Assembly: GCF_026153205.1 (NCBI RefSeq)
Contig: NZ_JAPFBW010000026.1
Location: 32,315-96,314 of the forward strand
DNA length: 64,000 nt
Source: Aquabacterium sp. A7-Y
GTDB taxonomy: Bacteria; Pseudomonadota; Gammaproteobacteria; Burkholderiales; Burkholderiaceae_C
Direction of reading: 5' to 3'
The notes below the pieces were generated by a model. It searched no databases. It was not told the DNA's origin and saw only the letters and a list, made by a program, of their open reading frames with translations. This document shows, in pieces, positions 16,790 through 26,465 of the stretch. How positions within the stretch are numbered: position 1 is the stretch's first letter; every line of letters starts with the position of its first letter. Made by a program: the position numbers and the translations under genes.

Positions 16790-18529
16790 TCACGGCATGC
16801 CGAACCCGACCAGCAAGCTGACGAAGAGCGCGATCGCCAGGATGGCGGACAGGCTCTTCCAGAACAGCACAGGGTGCCGCTCGATCAAGGGCGGACGCGC
16901 CCTGCTGAAGAAGGTCTTGTTGGGATGGCGCAGGTCGTAAACAAACTCCGACAAGGCCTCGTAGCGCCTGAGCGGGTCGGGGTGCACGGCTTTTCTGAGG
17001 ACGGCGTCGATCCAGACCGGGATCTCGCGGTTTTCGTCCAGCACCGACTCGTAGTGCAGTTTCCTCTGCGCGGACAGTGTCCGGGCCTTCGCGACCTCGA
17101 CGCCGTACGGCAGCCGGCCCGACAGCATCTGGTAGGTCATCACGCCCAGTGAGAACAGGTCGGAACGGGCGCTCCCGGCTTCTCCCAGGAAGTACTCGGG
17201 CGCCGTGTATTGGGCGGTCCCGAGGATCTGGGTCCGCTCGAGCGGACTGGCCATCTCGGTGATGCCCGCCACGCTGGTCGCGCCGAAGTCGATGATCTTC
17301 ACCGTGCCGGTCTTGTCGATCACGATGTTCTCCGGCCTCAGGTCTTGGTGCAGCATCTCGAGGCGATGGAAGGCCTGCAGCCCTTTGGCGATCTGCTCCA
17401 CGATCCCGCGCACGGTTTCGAGGTCGGGCCGGGGGTTGTCGATCATCCACTGCGCCAAGGTCTGGCCATCGATGAACTCGGTCGCGACATACAGACAGCT
17501 GCGTTCCCGCGTGGGCCGGCACGGCTTCAACACATGCGCGCTGTTGATGCGCCGCGCGACCCACTCCTCCATCAGGAAACGCTCGAGGTAGGCCGGGTCG
17601 GCCTGGAGATCCACCGAGGGGGTCTTGAGGATGACCAGCCCATCGGTCTCGATGTCGACCGCGAGATAGATGTGGCTGCGGCTGCTGCCATGCACCTCTC
17701 TGACGATCCGGTACCCGTCGACGACCGTCCGCGCCTCCAGGATCGGCGGAAGGGGCAGTTCCGACAATTGACGATGGATCTCCCTGGCATCCTGGCTGCT
17801 GGGCAACTCGTCGATGACGACAATCTGGACGGTCAGGTTGTCGGCGCTGCCTCGCTGATAGGCCTCCTCGACGAGGCTGCGGGCAGCCCGGTCGAGGTCG
17901 CCTCGCCCGCCTTGCACCGCAGCGGCCAGGAAGGCCGCGTCGAGATGTTCGTACACGCCGTCTGAGGCGAGCAGGAACACGTCGCCCTTCTCGACCTGCA
18001 GCGCCTGGTAGTCGATCTCGATCTGCGGCTTGAAGCCCACCGCGCGGCTCAGGTAGCTTCGCCCCTCGGCAACACGCACCCGGTGATCCTGCGTGAGCTG
18101 TTCGAGCGCGCCGCCGTGCAGGCGGTAGATGCGCGTGTCGCCCACATGGAACACATGGGCGGTGGTGGACTTGAGGACCAGCGCGCTCAGGGCACAGACA
18201 TAGCCCCTGTCCTGGTCGTAGCGGTAAGGGCTTTGCTGAGTCCGCGAATGCAGCCAGGAATTGGTCGCGGTCAGTACACGCTCGACCGCCTTCTTGACCG
18301 ACCAGGCGTCCGAGGTGCAGTAGTAGTCGTCCAGAAAACCCATGACCGCGAACTCGCTGGCGATCTGGCTGACCGAGCTGCTGCCGATGCCGTCGGCCAG
18401 CGCGATGGCGATGCCTTTGGAGCTCAGCAGCGGCTCCTTCGGCACCGAGACGCCATAAAAGTCCTGGTTGACCTCCTTGCGGCCCTTGTCGGAATGTTGA
18501 CCGACCGAGATCCTCAGCTTGTTGCTCAT
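16790..18529 (-). CDS. bifunctional PP2C-type Ser/Thr phosphatase plus Ser/Thr protein kinase with C-terminal TM anchor
   Basis: PP2C motifs (NQDF, ALADGIGS, VGDTR, ASDGV). Kinase motifs (ILKT, HQDLRPENI, DFG, APE). C-terminal hydrophobic helix. An alternative start at 18604 adds 25 aa. Confidence 0.75.
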   Translation of the reverse strand: MSNKLRISVGQHSDKGRKEVNQDFYGVSVPKEPLLSSKGIAIALADGIGSSSVSQIASEFAVMGFLDDYYCTSDAWSVKKAVERVLTATNSWLHSRTQQSPYRYDQDRGYVCALSALVLKSTTAHVFHVGDTRIYRLHGGALEQLTQDHRVRVAEGRSYLSRAVGFKPQIEIDYQALQVEKGDVFLLASDGVYEHLDAAFLAAAVQGGRGDLDRAARSLVEEAYQRGSADNLTVQIVVIDELPSSQDAREIHRQLSELPLPPILEARTVVDGYRIVREVHGSSRSHIYLAVDIETDGLVILKTPSVDLQADPAYLERFLMEEWVARRINSAHVLKPCRPTRERSCLYVATEFIDGQTLAQWMIDNPRPDLETVRGIVEQIAKGLQAFHRLEMLHQDLRPENIVIDKTGTVKIIDFGATSVAGITEMASPLERTQILGTAQYTAPEYFLGEAGSARSDLFSLGVMTYQMLSGRLPYGVEVAKARTLSAQRKLHYESVLDENREIPVWIDAVLRKAVHPDPLRRYEALSEFVYDLRHPNKTFFSRARPPLIERHPVLFWKSLSAILAIALFVSLLVGFGMP

Positions 18530-18539
18530 GTCGCTATCG

Positions 18540-18560
18540 AAAAAAAAAGGCCGTGCGGCC
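18540..18560 (-). promoter_or_regulatory. GC hairpin (GGCCGCACGGCC) followed by a T9 tract 10 nt upstream of the phosphatase-kinase ATG (terminator-like or slippage-prone homopolymer)
   Basis: Read directly. The A9/T9 run is conspicuous in a 67%-GC genome. Confidence 0.4.
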
Positions 18561-18653
18561 TCGCGGAGTGTCAGCATGCCGGGCGCCTTATCGCGCGTGT
18601 CCATTTACAGTAAATAGGATATTCGTCAGGAAGCCCCGGACAGAGTTTTGTTC

Positions 18654-18671
18654 TGCATTTATTCAAATGCA
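18654..18671. promoter_or_regulatory. perfect 7-4-7 palindrome TGCATTTattcAAATGCA in an AT-rich divergent promoter region
   Basis: Read directly in the 18605-18878 intergenic region. Confidence 0.35.
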
Positions 18672-18878
18672 AACCAGCCCGCCTCTGTTGCAGGCGCGCT
18701 GAGCGGGTTCCCTACCGGGCCGCGGAAGGCACGCTTCGGCGGGCTCCGCCGGCTTGTGTTGATTCGGTCACGATATATTGGCGCGCGGCAAAACGGTTCC
18801 CGGCGGAAGGCGGCGCCGTCCCCAGCGACGTTTCAGGATTCGTAGCAGAATAGAGCCCGTGTCCCCACGGAGCGCACG

Positions 18879-19142
18879 ATGAGCAGCATCCCTCCCATCA
18901 GCGAAGCGAGCATGCAGGCGGTCGAGGACCGGTTTCCCGAGCTGGCGGCCATGGCCGGCCGAGCAGCGCATGAGCGCGCGTTGACCCAGACCGGTCGTGT
19001 GGTGATGAAGTCGGCCAACGGCATGCTGGTGGAAGCACGTGCGAACGGCGCGATCCGGGTCATCAAGCCGCTGCCTGCCACCACGCCGGTGGCGCGAGGG
19101 CTGGTCCTGACGCGCAAGAAGGCCGGTCACGGCGCCCGGTGA
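18879..19142 (+). CDS. small protein upstream of, and translationally coupled to, a zeta-toxin-like ATPase (putative antitoxin)
   Basis: 87 aa. Its stop overlaps the GTG start of the next gene (GTGA). Confidence 0.4.
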   Translation: MSSIPPISEASMQAVEDRFPELAAMAGRAAHERALTQTGRVVMKSANGMLVEARANGAIRVIKPLPATTPVARGLVLTRKKAGHGAR

Positions 19143-19918
19143 CCCAGGCCCAAGCCAGGTTGCGGGTTTTCGCCGGGCCCAACGGCTCCGGCAAGAGCAC
19201 GATCCACAGTGTGCTGCGCAAGGAGTGGATCGGCATTTACGTCAACGCCGACGACATCGAGAGGACCCTCAAACGGCAAGGTCGGCTCGACCTCGGTGAG
19301 TTCGATCTCGAGACCCAGGCATCCGACCTGATGCTGCCACTGCAGGCCTACCTTCGAACCTCGGCCCTGCTGACCCAACACGGACTCGACGGCATCGCGG
19401 AGCGGCTTCATCTCGAAGGATCGGCGCTGCATCTGCCAGCGGGAGAAATGAATTCCTATGTCGCCGCGGTGCTGGCCGACTTCATCCGGCGCGAACTGCT
19501 GCGGCAGGGCCTGTCCTTCACCTTTGAAACGGTGATGTCCTCGCCGGACAAGATCGACTTCATGCACGAGGCGCAGGCGCACGGCTACCGCACCTATCTG
19601 TACTTTGTCGCCACCGACGACCCCGCCATCAACATCGAGCGAGTGCGCCTGAGGGTGAGCCAGGGTGGACACGCCGTGCCGGACGACAAGGTGCTCCAGC
19701 GATACCAGCGCTCCATCGGCCTCCTCGACCGAGCCTGCAGCGCCGCCAACAGGGCCTACATCTTCGACAACTCCGGCGAGGCGCATGAGCTGATCGCCGA
19801 AGTGACCGACGGCGAGACCTTGACGGTACACGTGGACGCCCTGCCCGCCTGGTTCACCCGCACCACCTTGTGGCAGTCGTTCGAGCCGACCAGCGACACC
19901 CGGTCCGAGGCCGGCTGA
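19139..19918 (+). CDS. zeta-toxin-family P-loop ATPase/kinase-like protein
   Basis: FAGPNGSGKST Walker A followed by YVNADDI. 259 aa. Confidence 0.6.
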   Translation: MTQAQARLRVFAGPNGSGKSTIHSVLRKEWIGIYVNADDIERTLKRQGRLDLGEFDLETQASDLMLPLQAYLRTSALLTQHGLDGIAERLHLEGSALHLPAGEMNSYVAAVLADFIRRELLRQGLSFTFETVMSSPDKIDFMHEAQAHGYRTYLYFVATDDPAINIERVRLRVSQGGHAVPDDKVLQRYQRSIGLLDRACSAANRAYIFDNSGEAHELIAEVTDGETLTVHVDALPAWFTRTTLWQSFEPTSDTRSEAG

Positions 19919-20218
19919 TCTCGCGCAAACCTGAGCTGTGGGTCGGGCCAGTTCCTCAAGCAGAAAGTCGATGAAGACGCGCACCCGGTGCGGCTTGCCC
20001 GCGCACGGGTCGCGCGCACGCCCGAGGACCCGGCATACCCCGCAGTCGCGGGGGGCGGGAACGCAGGCACACACCTAGATTGGAACGGTACGAGGTGCAG
20101 GGCTGCAAGAAGCCCGTACCACGCTCTTCTCCGCGTCGAATAGCGGCCGGCGAATGATAGCTCTGCACCTCAACAGGACGTCGCACTCGCCTCCGTGTCG
20201 ACCGAGAGAGGAACCGAC

Positions 20219-22357
20219 ATGCCATCGCCGAAGCACTTCCTGCACCGGTTTGCATGGACCGGCTGCGCACACCCCGCGTCGAGCGCCTGCGCCTGTCTGC
20301 TGCTGGCAGCCACCCCCAGCTGGGCCCAGGATGTCTACATCGGCCCCGGCGAGCAGTACATCGACGAGGTTCCCGAAGGCAGCACCATTTTCCAGAGCCT
20401 CTATCTCTTCGAGAACGACGGCCGCTACCTCAAGCAGGGCGGCGGCACGATGGAGTACCAGGGCGTCGGCGGAACGCAGTTCATCAACCGTGGCCACTTG
20501 CGAGTGGCTCAGGGCACGCTCGGCTTCTTGCTCAATACCGGCAGCGCGACCTGGGACAACCGCGGCCTGGTCGAACTGGCGCCCGGCAGCCAACTCGACA
20601 TCCAGGTCGAACGCTACAACCATGTGTACCAGCGCGGCACCGTACGTATCGGCCCGAACGCCCGGTTCTCGATCTCGATGTTCGCCTCTCCGCTGGAAAG
20701 CAGCGGCACCTGGGAGATCGCACGCGGCGGCCGGCTCGATATCACCGGCTGGAGCGACTACTACCACAGCCCCTACCCCGGAGACAGCTACACCGGCACG
20801 CTGCACAACCAGGGCCGGGTGTCCTTCCTGAGGGGCACGGCGACGTTTTCAGCCGGCGCGACCATAGCTGGCGGTGAGGTGCAGGTGCTGCATGGGTCCA
20901 AGCTGTTGGTGGAGGCGGACCTTCGCCTGGGCGCCCTGCGCGTCGATGAAGCGATGCCCCACGAGTACGCACCGCCCATTGCCAGCGTCGTCCAGGCGGG
21001 CGGCGCGGTCCACGTGGGCGAGCTGAGGTGGGGCCAGGGCCTGCTGTCGGCCAGCGGCCCCATCACCGTGAGCGGCCTCGCCCATCTTTCGGCCGGCGCC
21101 TACCGTCCCGGCCCCAACGGCAGCGACCTCTACGACAAACGCCTGGACACGGAGCTGCGCATGGACGGCGGCGGCCGCTGGGACGGCGATGCCGACATCA
21201 CCGGCACCGGCAGCATGCACGTGGCCGCCGGCGCGGTGTTCGAAGACCTGCACACAGCGGACGGACGCGACGACGGCGGCGGGCCGGTGCCGCTGCGTGT
21301 CGCCCTCGGCAGCTTCGACAACCGCGGCACCTTCCTCAAGACGGGCGCGGCGGCGACCCGCATGGCCACCCCGTTCTCCAACACCGGCACGGTGCGGGTG
21401 CAAGACGCCGGCACCCTCACCTTCACCCGCCAGCTCGACAACCCCGGAACGCTGGAGGCCGTGCGCTCGCGTATCGTGGTATGGGGCGGCTTGGTGCAAT
21501 TGCGCCACACCGCCTTCGAGGGAGGCGTGTCCACCGAGTTGACCGGCGGACGCCTGAGGGCCGACGGCGGCACCATCCTGCTGAATGTCGGCGAGGCGTC
21601 CAACGACCCCGACTGGCGTCCGCGACTCGGGTACAACGCCGGTGCACTGGTCTACAAAGGCGCGGCCAGCCGGATCACCACCTCCTGGCTGGGCGACGAA
21701 GTCGACTTGCTGTTTCGCTCGCTGCACAACGACGGCCAGCTGAGCGTTCTCGATGACGCCCGACTGCCGGAGGGCTTGCATTTGAGGAATACCGGGCGGG
21801 TCGAGATCGATGAGCGCAGCCACGTGCACGTCAGCTCCTACGATCAGGGCAGCTACATCAACCAGCACGACATCCGCACCCTGGTGGCCGGCACGCTGGC
21901 CGCCACCTACAGCATGAGCTTCAGCCAAGGCACGCTGGGTGCCGGACTGGGCGAGGACATCGGCATCGCCCGCCTGCTCGGCGCCGACGTCTGGCTGTCT
22001 GCCAGCTCCGTGCTGGATCTCGACATCGCCTCGGCCGTCAGCTTCGACCGCTTCCTGCTGGACCATGCACTGCGCCTCTCGGAGGAAGCCAGCCTGTTTG
22101 CCGAGTTCGACCTCACTGGCCCGGTCGTCGGCCGATACCGCATCGTCGAAGCGGCGGGAGGTGTGATCGGCAGTTTTGCCTCGCTGCGGACCAATCTGGA
22201 CGCGAGCGTCTATCACTGGAGCGTGGTCTATGGCGACGACTACGTCGAGCTGGCGGTGTCCACCGCGCCTGAGCCCGGCACCTCTGCCTTGCTGGCGGTA
22301 GGCCTGCTCGGCGTGGCCGCGCTCAGCCGCCGGCGAACGCCTTTGGTAAAGCGCTGA
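20219..22357 (+). CDS. large PEP-CTERM protein with beta-helix-like Gly-rich repeats
   Basis: Signal peptide. Repetitive G/T/A-rich body. C-terminal VSTAPEPGTSALLAVGLLGVAALSRRRT. GAGAGGAA RBS. Confidence 0.7.
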   Translation: MPSPKHFLHRFAWTGCAHPASSACACLLLAATPSWAQDVYIGPGEQYIDEVPEGSTIFQSLYLFENDGRYLKQGGGTMEYQGVGGTQFINRGHLRVAQGTLGFLLNTGSATWDNRGLVELAPGSQLDIQVERYNHVYQRGTVRIGPNARFSISMFASPLESSGTWEIARGGRLDITGWSDYYHSPYPGDSYTGTLHNQGRVSFLRGTATFSAGATIAGGEVQVLHGSKLLVEADLRLGALRVDEAMPHEYAPPIASVVQAGGAVHVGELRWGQGLLSASGPITVSGLAHLSAGAYRPGPNGSDLYDKRLDTELRMDGGGRWDGDADITGTGSMHVAAGAVFEDLHTADGRDDGGGPVPLRVALGSFDNRGTFLKTGAAATRMATPFSNTGTVRVQDAGTLTFTRQLDNPGTLEAVRSRIVVWGGLVQLRHTAFEGGVSTELTGGRLRADGGTILLNVGEASNDPDWRPRLGYNAGALVYKGAASRITTSWLGDEVDLLFRSLHNDGQLSVLDDARLPEGLHLRNTGRVEIDERSHVHVSSYDQGSYINQHDIRTLVAGTLAATYSMSFSQGTLGAGLGEDIGIARLLGADVWLSASSVLDLDIASAVSFDRFLLDHALRLSEEASLFAEFDLTGPVVGRYRIVEAAGGVIGSFASLRTNLDASVYHWSVVYGDDYVELAVSTAPEPGTSALLAVGLLGVAALSRRRTPLVKR

Positions 22358-23550
22358 AAGGGTTGAACAAGGCGATGCATCCGCGCGGTCCGCAAGCACA
22401 ACAGCGCGGCAAGCGCGACCGCCGCAAGCAACTCGGCCGAGGGCCAATCGGCGTAGGACGGATAGGCCGCGCGGTGGGCCAGTTGGTACAGCCCAATGAA
22501 CCCGGGGATGCTGAGTGCGAACCCGCACACCCGCCACCCCGTTTTGCCGTCTCGTCGTCTGGCGGGCGGGGAAACCAGGGGCTGCGGCGCGACGGCGAGG
22601 ATCAAAAGCCCGACCACCAGGGGCAAGTGCCCGATCGCGTCCAGGGGGCCGGCAAGCGGAATGGCGCCGAGCAACAAGGCCAGCAGGACGATCGACGAAA
22701 CCTGCGACGACACGCGACCGAAGACGACGAGGAAGGCCAGACAGAACTCGACGAAACCGGCGGCCATCACGAAAAAGCGATGGTCGATACCGACGGCAAT
22801 TTGCCTCAGCTCGTGATTGAGGACGTCATAGGACCAGGCTGGATAGACCCATTTCTCGACGCCGACCCACATCAGGCTGAAGCCGACGGACAGCCGAAGG
22901 ACCGCGGGTGCGACCGTGCTTCGCCGAGACGAGCCGAACGCATGCAGTGCAAGATGGACCGAGATGCCCAGGAAGTAGAGGTAGTCGAGCAGGTGGAACC
23001 ATCCATAGATCCACGCCGAGTAGGCATAAAGCAGGAGCAGGCCGGACAGTCCGATGCACACGGTGCGGCCCCACAACACGGTCAGCGCTATCACGAGCTG
23101 GACAGCGGGCACCCAGGGCGCCCCACTGAAGAGCTCCGGAGTCAGGATGAAGGGACGGTACGCCGCATACCAGGCAACAGACGCAAAGTAGACCGCGACA
23201 CCCCCGCGCAGGAAAAGCGCCGCCCCCGACGCGTCGGCCAGCGCAAGCGGCCCCCTGCCCCGAAAGTCGTAACGCGCCACCGCGCGATCGATCCAGAAGA
23301 CCCCGGCCATGACGACCAGCGCTGACAGGTACAAGCCCATGAACAGGGGCATCGCAAGGACATCGGACATCTCCAGCGGCGTCGTGACGCAATTGACGAC
23401 CTTGGAGAACCACTTGACGTGCGCCTCCGCTCCAAGAGGCACCGCTGCGAGAGCACCAGCCGCTCCCCATGGCAGAACGCGCGGGACCCGGCGCAAGCTG
23501 GATTCGCTCTGCATTCGAACACTCCTTTGCGCGAGGCCGAGCGGCGCCAC
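22240..23550 (-). CDS. polytopic integral membrane protein, function unknown
   Basis: At least 9 hydrophobic segments. Its 3' end overlaps the convergent PEP-CTERM gene by about 118 nt. Start uncertain. Confidence 0.45.
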   Translation of the reverse strand: MAPLGLAQRSVRMQSESSLRRVPRVLPWGAAGALAAVPLGAEAHVKWFSKVVNCVTTPLEMSDVLAMPLFMGLYLSALVVMAGVFWIDRAVARYDFRGRGPLALADASGAALFLRGGVAVYFASVAWYAAYRPFILTPELFSGAPWVPAVQLVIALTVLWGRTVCIGLSGLLLLYAYSAWIYGWFHLLDYLYFLGISVHLALHAFGSSRRSTVAPAVLRLSVGFSLMWVGVEKWVYPAWSYDVLNHELRQIAVGIDHRFFVMAAGFVEFCLAFLVVFGRVSSQVSSIVLLALLLGAIPLAGPLDAIGHLPLVVGLLILAVAPQPLVSPPARRRDGKTGWRVCGFALSIPGFIGLYQLAHRAAYPSYADWPSAELLAAVALAALLCLRTARMHRLVQPFQRFTKGVRRRLSAATPSRPTASKAEVPGSGAVDTASST

Positions 23551-23917
23551 CGACCCGAGACGAGCCGCTTCTTTTCACCCAGTTCCAGTTGGCTCTCGTC
23601 GCTGCCCCTGTACCGAGAGCGGCACACCGGCAGTTGCTCAGGAAGATCTGCAGCCGGTCCTTGCGAAGTGACTGAAGCATGAACCTGAGGAGACCCAGTG
23701 ACAATGATCCCTGTCGGAAGCGGTTCAAGGCACCAGACGCGTAAATCACCGCGCCACGGACACCAGGGCGGGATGGCGGCGCTGTGGAGCAGCGCGGGCG
23801 CGGAAACTGCCGGAGCGCATGGTGTGACTTCGGATCGCTGTACGAAGATGCGCCTCACGGCGACCGCGCCAGGCCGGCCGCGGTGATCCTGCAAGGCATT
23901 TTGGACAAGCGCAGCGC

Positions 23918-24826
23918 ATGAAGATCCAACTCCAGGTCCGAAGCGGCCCGACCACCGGTACAGGGGAACCGGCGACCGGCACGTTCACGTCCCGCCCCTA
24001 TGGCTCTGCCCCACCACGCCCGTCGGCGGCGCAGCAGGAGATGCCGACGCGCACCTCGTCCTCGGCCCAACTCGCGCCACGCGGGGCGCTGCCGGCGGCA
24101 TCGTCCCGGGACGCCGGTGCTGCTGCTGAGCGCTCCGCGACCTCGCCGTCGGCACTCATCGATCAGGAGTCGAAGCTGGAAAAAAAGCAGCGCGAGAAAG
24201 TGGCGACCACGGCCAATGACATCGCGTTGTGGCAGGCGGGTGACTGGTCGCCCAACGGTTGCGTTCCCGTCGGTGCATGGCTCAGCCAACGCAAGGTGGC
24301 GAAGGCTGATGAAGAGCTGAGGACGGATGCCCTCGACTGCAAGCAGTCCACGCGCAACATCGCGGTGGCTGGCGGCCTGTTGAGCCGCGACGAGCTCAGG
24401 GCCTACGAAGGGCTGGCTGGCGAACGCGATCTCAGGAGAACCGGGCGCGACCTGGTGCCCGAAAACAGTCCGCAGATCAAGGGCCCCGAGGCGTTCAGGA
24501 ACTTGCCGCCAGGCTTTGCCATCAGTTTCGAGCCGCCCAGGGGGGTAGACGGCCCCTCGCGCACGAAACACTCGATGCTCAGTCTGGGCGAGGGTTATGC
24601 GGTCGGCAGCAACAACGGCTGCATCGACCCGCCGTCCGGCACCCCCGGCTTCTACAGCAAGATCGATCTCGCGCAGCCCGAGCTGTGGCTGCCGGACGGT
24701 CGTTTCAAGGGCGGCAAGAGCGCGGAGCATGTCGCCCAACATCCGGAAGACAGCTTCCAGGTGCACGTCAGCCCCATCAGTCAGTTCGCGACGCGGGTGA
24801 AGACCCAGGTGAAGGCCGAGCGCTAA
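23918..24826 (+). CDS. hypothetical protein with a Ser/Ala/Pro-rich disordered N-terminus
   Basis: ORF only. No recognisable domain. No clear RBS. Confidence 0.35.
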   Translation: MKIQLQVRSGPTTGTGEPATGTFTSRPYGSAPPRPSAAQQEMPTRTSSSAQLAPRGALPAASSRDAGAAAERSATSPSALIDQESKLEKKQREKVATTANDIALWQAGDWSPNGCVPVGAWLSQRKVAKADEELRTDALDCKQSTRNIAVAGGLLSRDELRAYEGLAGERDLRRTGRDLVPENSPQIKGPEAFRNLPPGFAISFEPPRGVDGPSRTKHSMLSLGEGYAVGSNNGCIDPPSGTPGFYSKIDLAQPELWLPDGRFKGGKSAEHVAQHPEDSFQVHVSPISQFATRVKTQVKAER

Positions 24827-24855
24827 GCGGCCTCCGACGGGCGGTCTGGCTCGCT

Positions 24856-24886
24856 GCAGTGAAGGCAACACCTGTTGCTTCACTGC
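24856..24886. terminator. long GC hairpin between convergent genes (possible bidirectional terminator, no U-tract)
   Basis: GCAGTGAAGGCAACAcctgTTGCTTCACTGC. Confidence 0.3.
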
Positions 24887-24921
24887 TGAACCTCGAGTAT
24901 CAGAGGTAGGTCAACAAGCTG

Positions 24922-26118
24922 CTAGAGCTGCAAGAGATCGGGGATCCGCACATCGGGATTCACATCGGCGTCATAGTCGACACCGCTCATCTCGAATCCG
25001 AAGAGGCGCAGGAACTCGGTCTTGTAGCCCGCGAAATCAGTCAGCTCATAGAGCCTGTCGGTGCTGACCTGATTCCACAGCTCGCGCACTCGCGCCTGGG
25101 TTCCCGGATCGAGCTCCTTGTAGTCTGTCCGAAAGCGCCCTTCTTCGTCGATGCAGGGTGACTTGCCGCTCAAGCTGTCGTGGTACAGGGCGTGGATCTG
25201 CTCGATACAGCCCTCATGAGTTCCTTGCTCCTTCATGACCTTGAACAGCAAGGACAGGTACAGCGGCATGATGGGGATCGCCGAGCTGGCTTGGGTCACC
25301 ACGGCCTTGAGCACGGAGACCCGGGCGTCTCCGCCCTTCACCGCCAAGCTGTCCCGGATGGCAAGTGCGGCCCGGTCGAGATCTTTCTTGGCGGCTCCGA
25401 TCGAGCCGTTCCAGTAGAGATCGCGTGTGGTGTCTTCGCCGAGGTAGGTGAATGCGGTGGTGGTGGCGCCGTCGGACAACACGCCGGCCGCGAGAAGCGC
25501 ATCCATCCACATCTGCCAGTCTTCACCGCCCATGACCGCCACGGTGCCGTCGATTTCCTCTTGCGTGGCGGGCTGCAACGTCGTCTCGTTCACCACTTCC
25601 TTGTCCGTGTCGATACCGCGCACGGTGATCGCTCGTCCTATCGGTTTCAGGGTCGAGCTGAACACCTTTCCTGTTCGGGGGTGGGTCCGCCTCGGCGCGG
25701 CGAGGCTGTAAACCACCTGATCCACCTGACCGAGATCTCGCTGGATGAGATCGATGGTCCTTTGCTTGGTCTCGTCGGAAAAGGCGTCCCCGTTGATGCT
25801 CTTGGCGTACAGGCCCTCATCGGCCGCGTACTCGTGGAAGGCCGCCGTGTTGTACCAGCCGGCGGTGGCGGGTTTGCTGTCGGTCCCCGGGCGTTCGAAG
25901 AACACCCCCAAGGTAGCGGCACGGCAGTTGAACGCTGCCGTGATCCGAGCCGCCAGCCCATACCCGGTGGACGCGCCTACCACCAGAACCTTCTTCGGGC
26001 CGCAGGGGATGGTGTCCTTGGCTTTGACGTATTCGATCTGCTGCTTGACGTTGGTCCTGCAGCCAAGGGGGTGGGCAGTCACGCAGATGAAGCCGCGGAC
26101 GCGCGGTTTGATGATCAT
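24922..26118 (-). CDS. fabV: trans-2-enoyl-CoA/ACP reductase FabV
   Basis: Characteristic [21 protein letters not shown]-terminus and about 398 aa length. Confidence 0.85.
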   Translation of the reverse strand: MIIKPRVRGFICVTAHPLGCRTNVKQQIEYVKAKDTIPCGPKKVLVVGASTGYGLAARITAAFNCRAATLGVFFERPGTDSKPATAGWYNTAAFHEYAADEGLYAKSINGDAFSDETKQRTIDLIQRDLGQVDQVVYSLAAPRRTHPRTGKVFSSTLKPIGRAITVRGIDTDKEVVNETTLQPATQEEIDGTVAVMGGEDWQMWMDALLAAGVLSDGATTTAFTYLGEDTTRDLYWNGSIGAAKKDLDRAALAIRDSLAVKGGDARVSVLKAVVTQASSAIPIMPLYLSLLFKVMKEQGTHEGCIEQIHALYHDSLSGKSPCIDEEGRFRTDYKELDPGTQARVRELWNQVSTDRLYELTDFAGYKTEFLRLFGFEMSGVDYDADVNPDVRIPDLLQL

Positions 26119-26465
26119 GAAGACCTCGATCGTCTGATTTTTTCGGCGACGCCCACGTCAACCTGTGGTGCGAACGCATGGAGCAGAAGCCCCTGGCAGT
26201 GTAAGCGCCGGGGAACAGGTGCCAGGCCGACCTGGCGCAGCCGCTTCTGCCCCCCGATGATGCGTCGCTGGCGGCTCGCATCCAGCGCGAGTACCGTCCT
26301 CTCCTGCGCTCTACAAACTGCACGGAGACATTGCGATCCAGCTGCATCTGCGGCCCATCGACTACCGCGCTTCGCGCCGGCAAGTTCGTGGGCCTGCCCG
26401 CCTTCCCCTGCCGCCGCGCTCGGTCGTATCCTTACCCCCCACAAGGATCAGTACAAAACCAACCC

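Noticed and set aside
18590-18620. LexA/SOS box at TTTACAGTAAA near the phosphatase-kinase alternative start
   Set aside because: Lacks the CTGT-N8-ACAG consensus. It is only a short odd palindrome.
20849-22537. 562-aa minus-strand ORF antisense to the large PEP-CTERM gene
   Set aside because: Antisense artefact. The plus strand encodes a signal peptide plus PEP-CTERM architecture.
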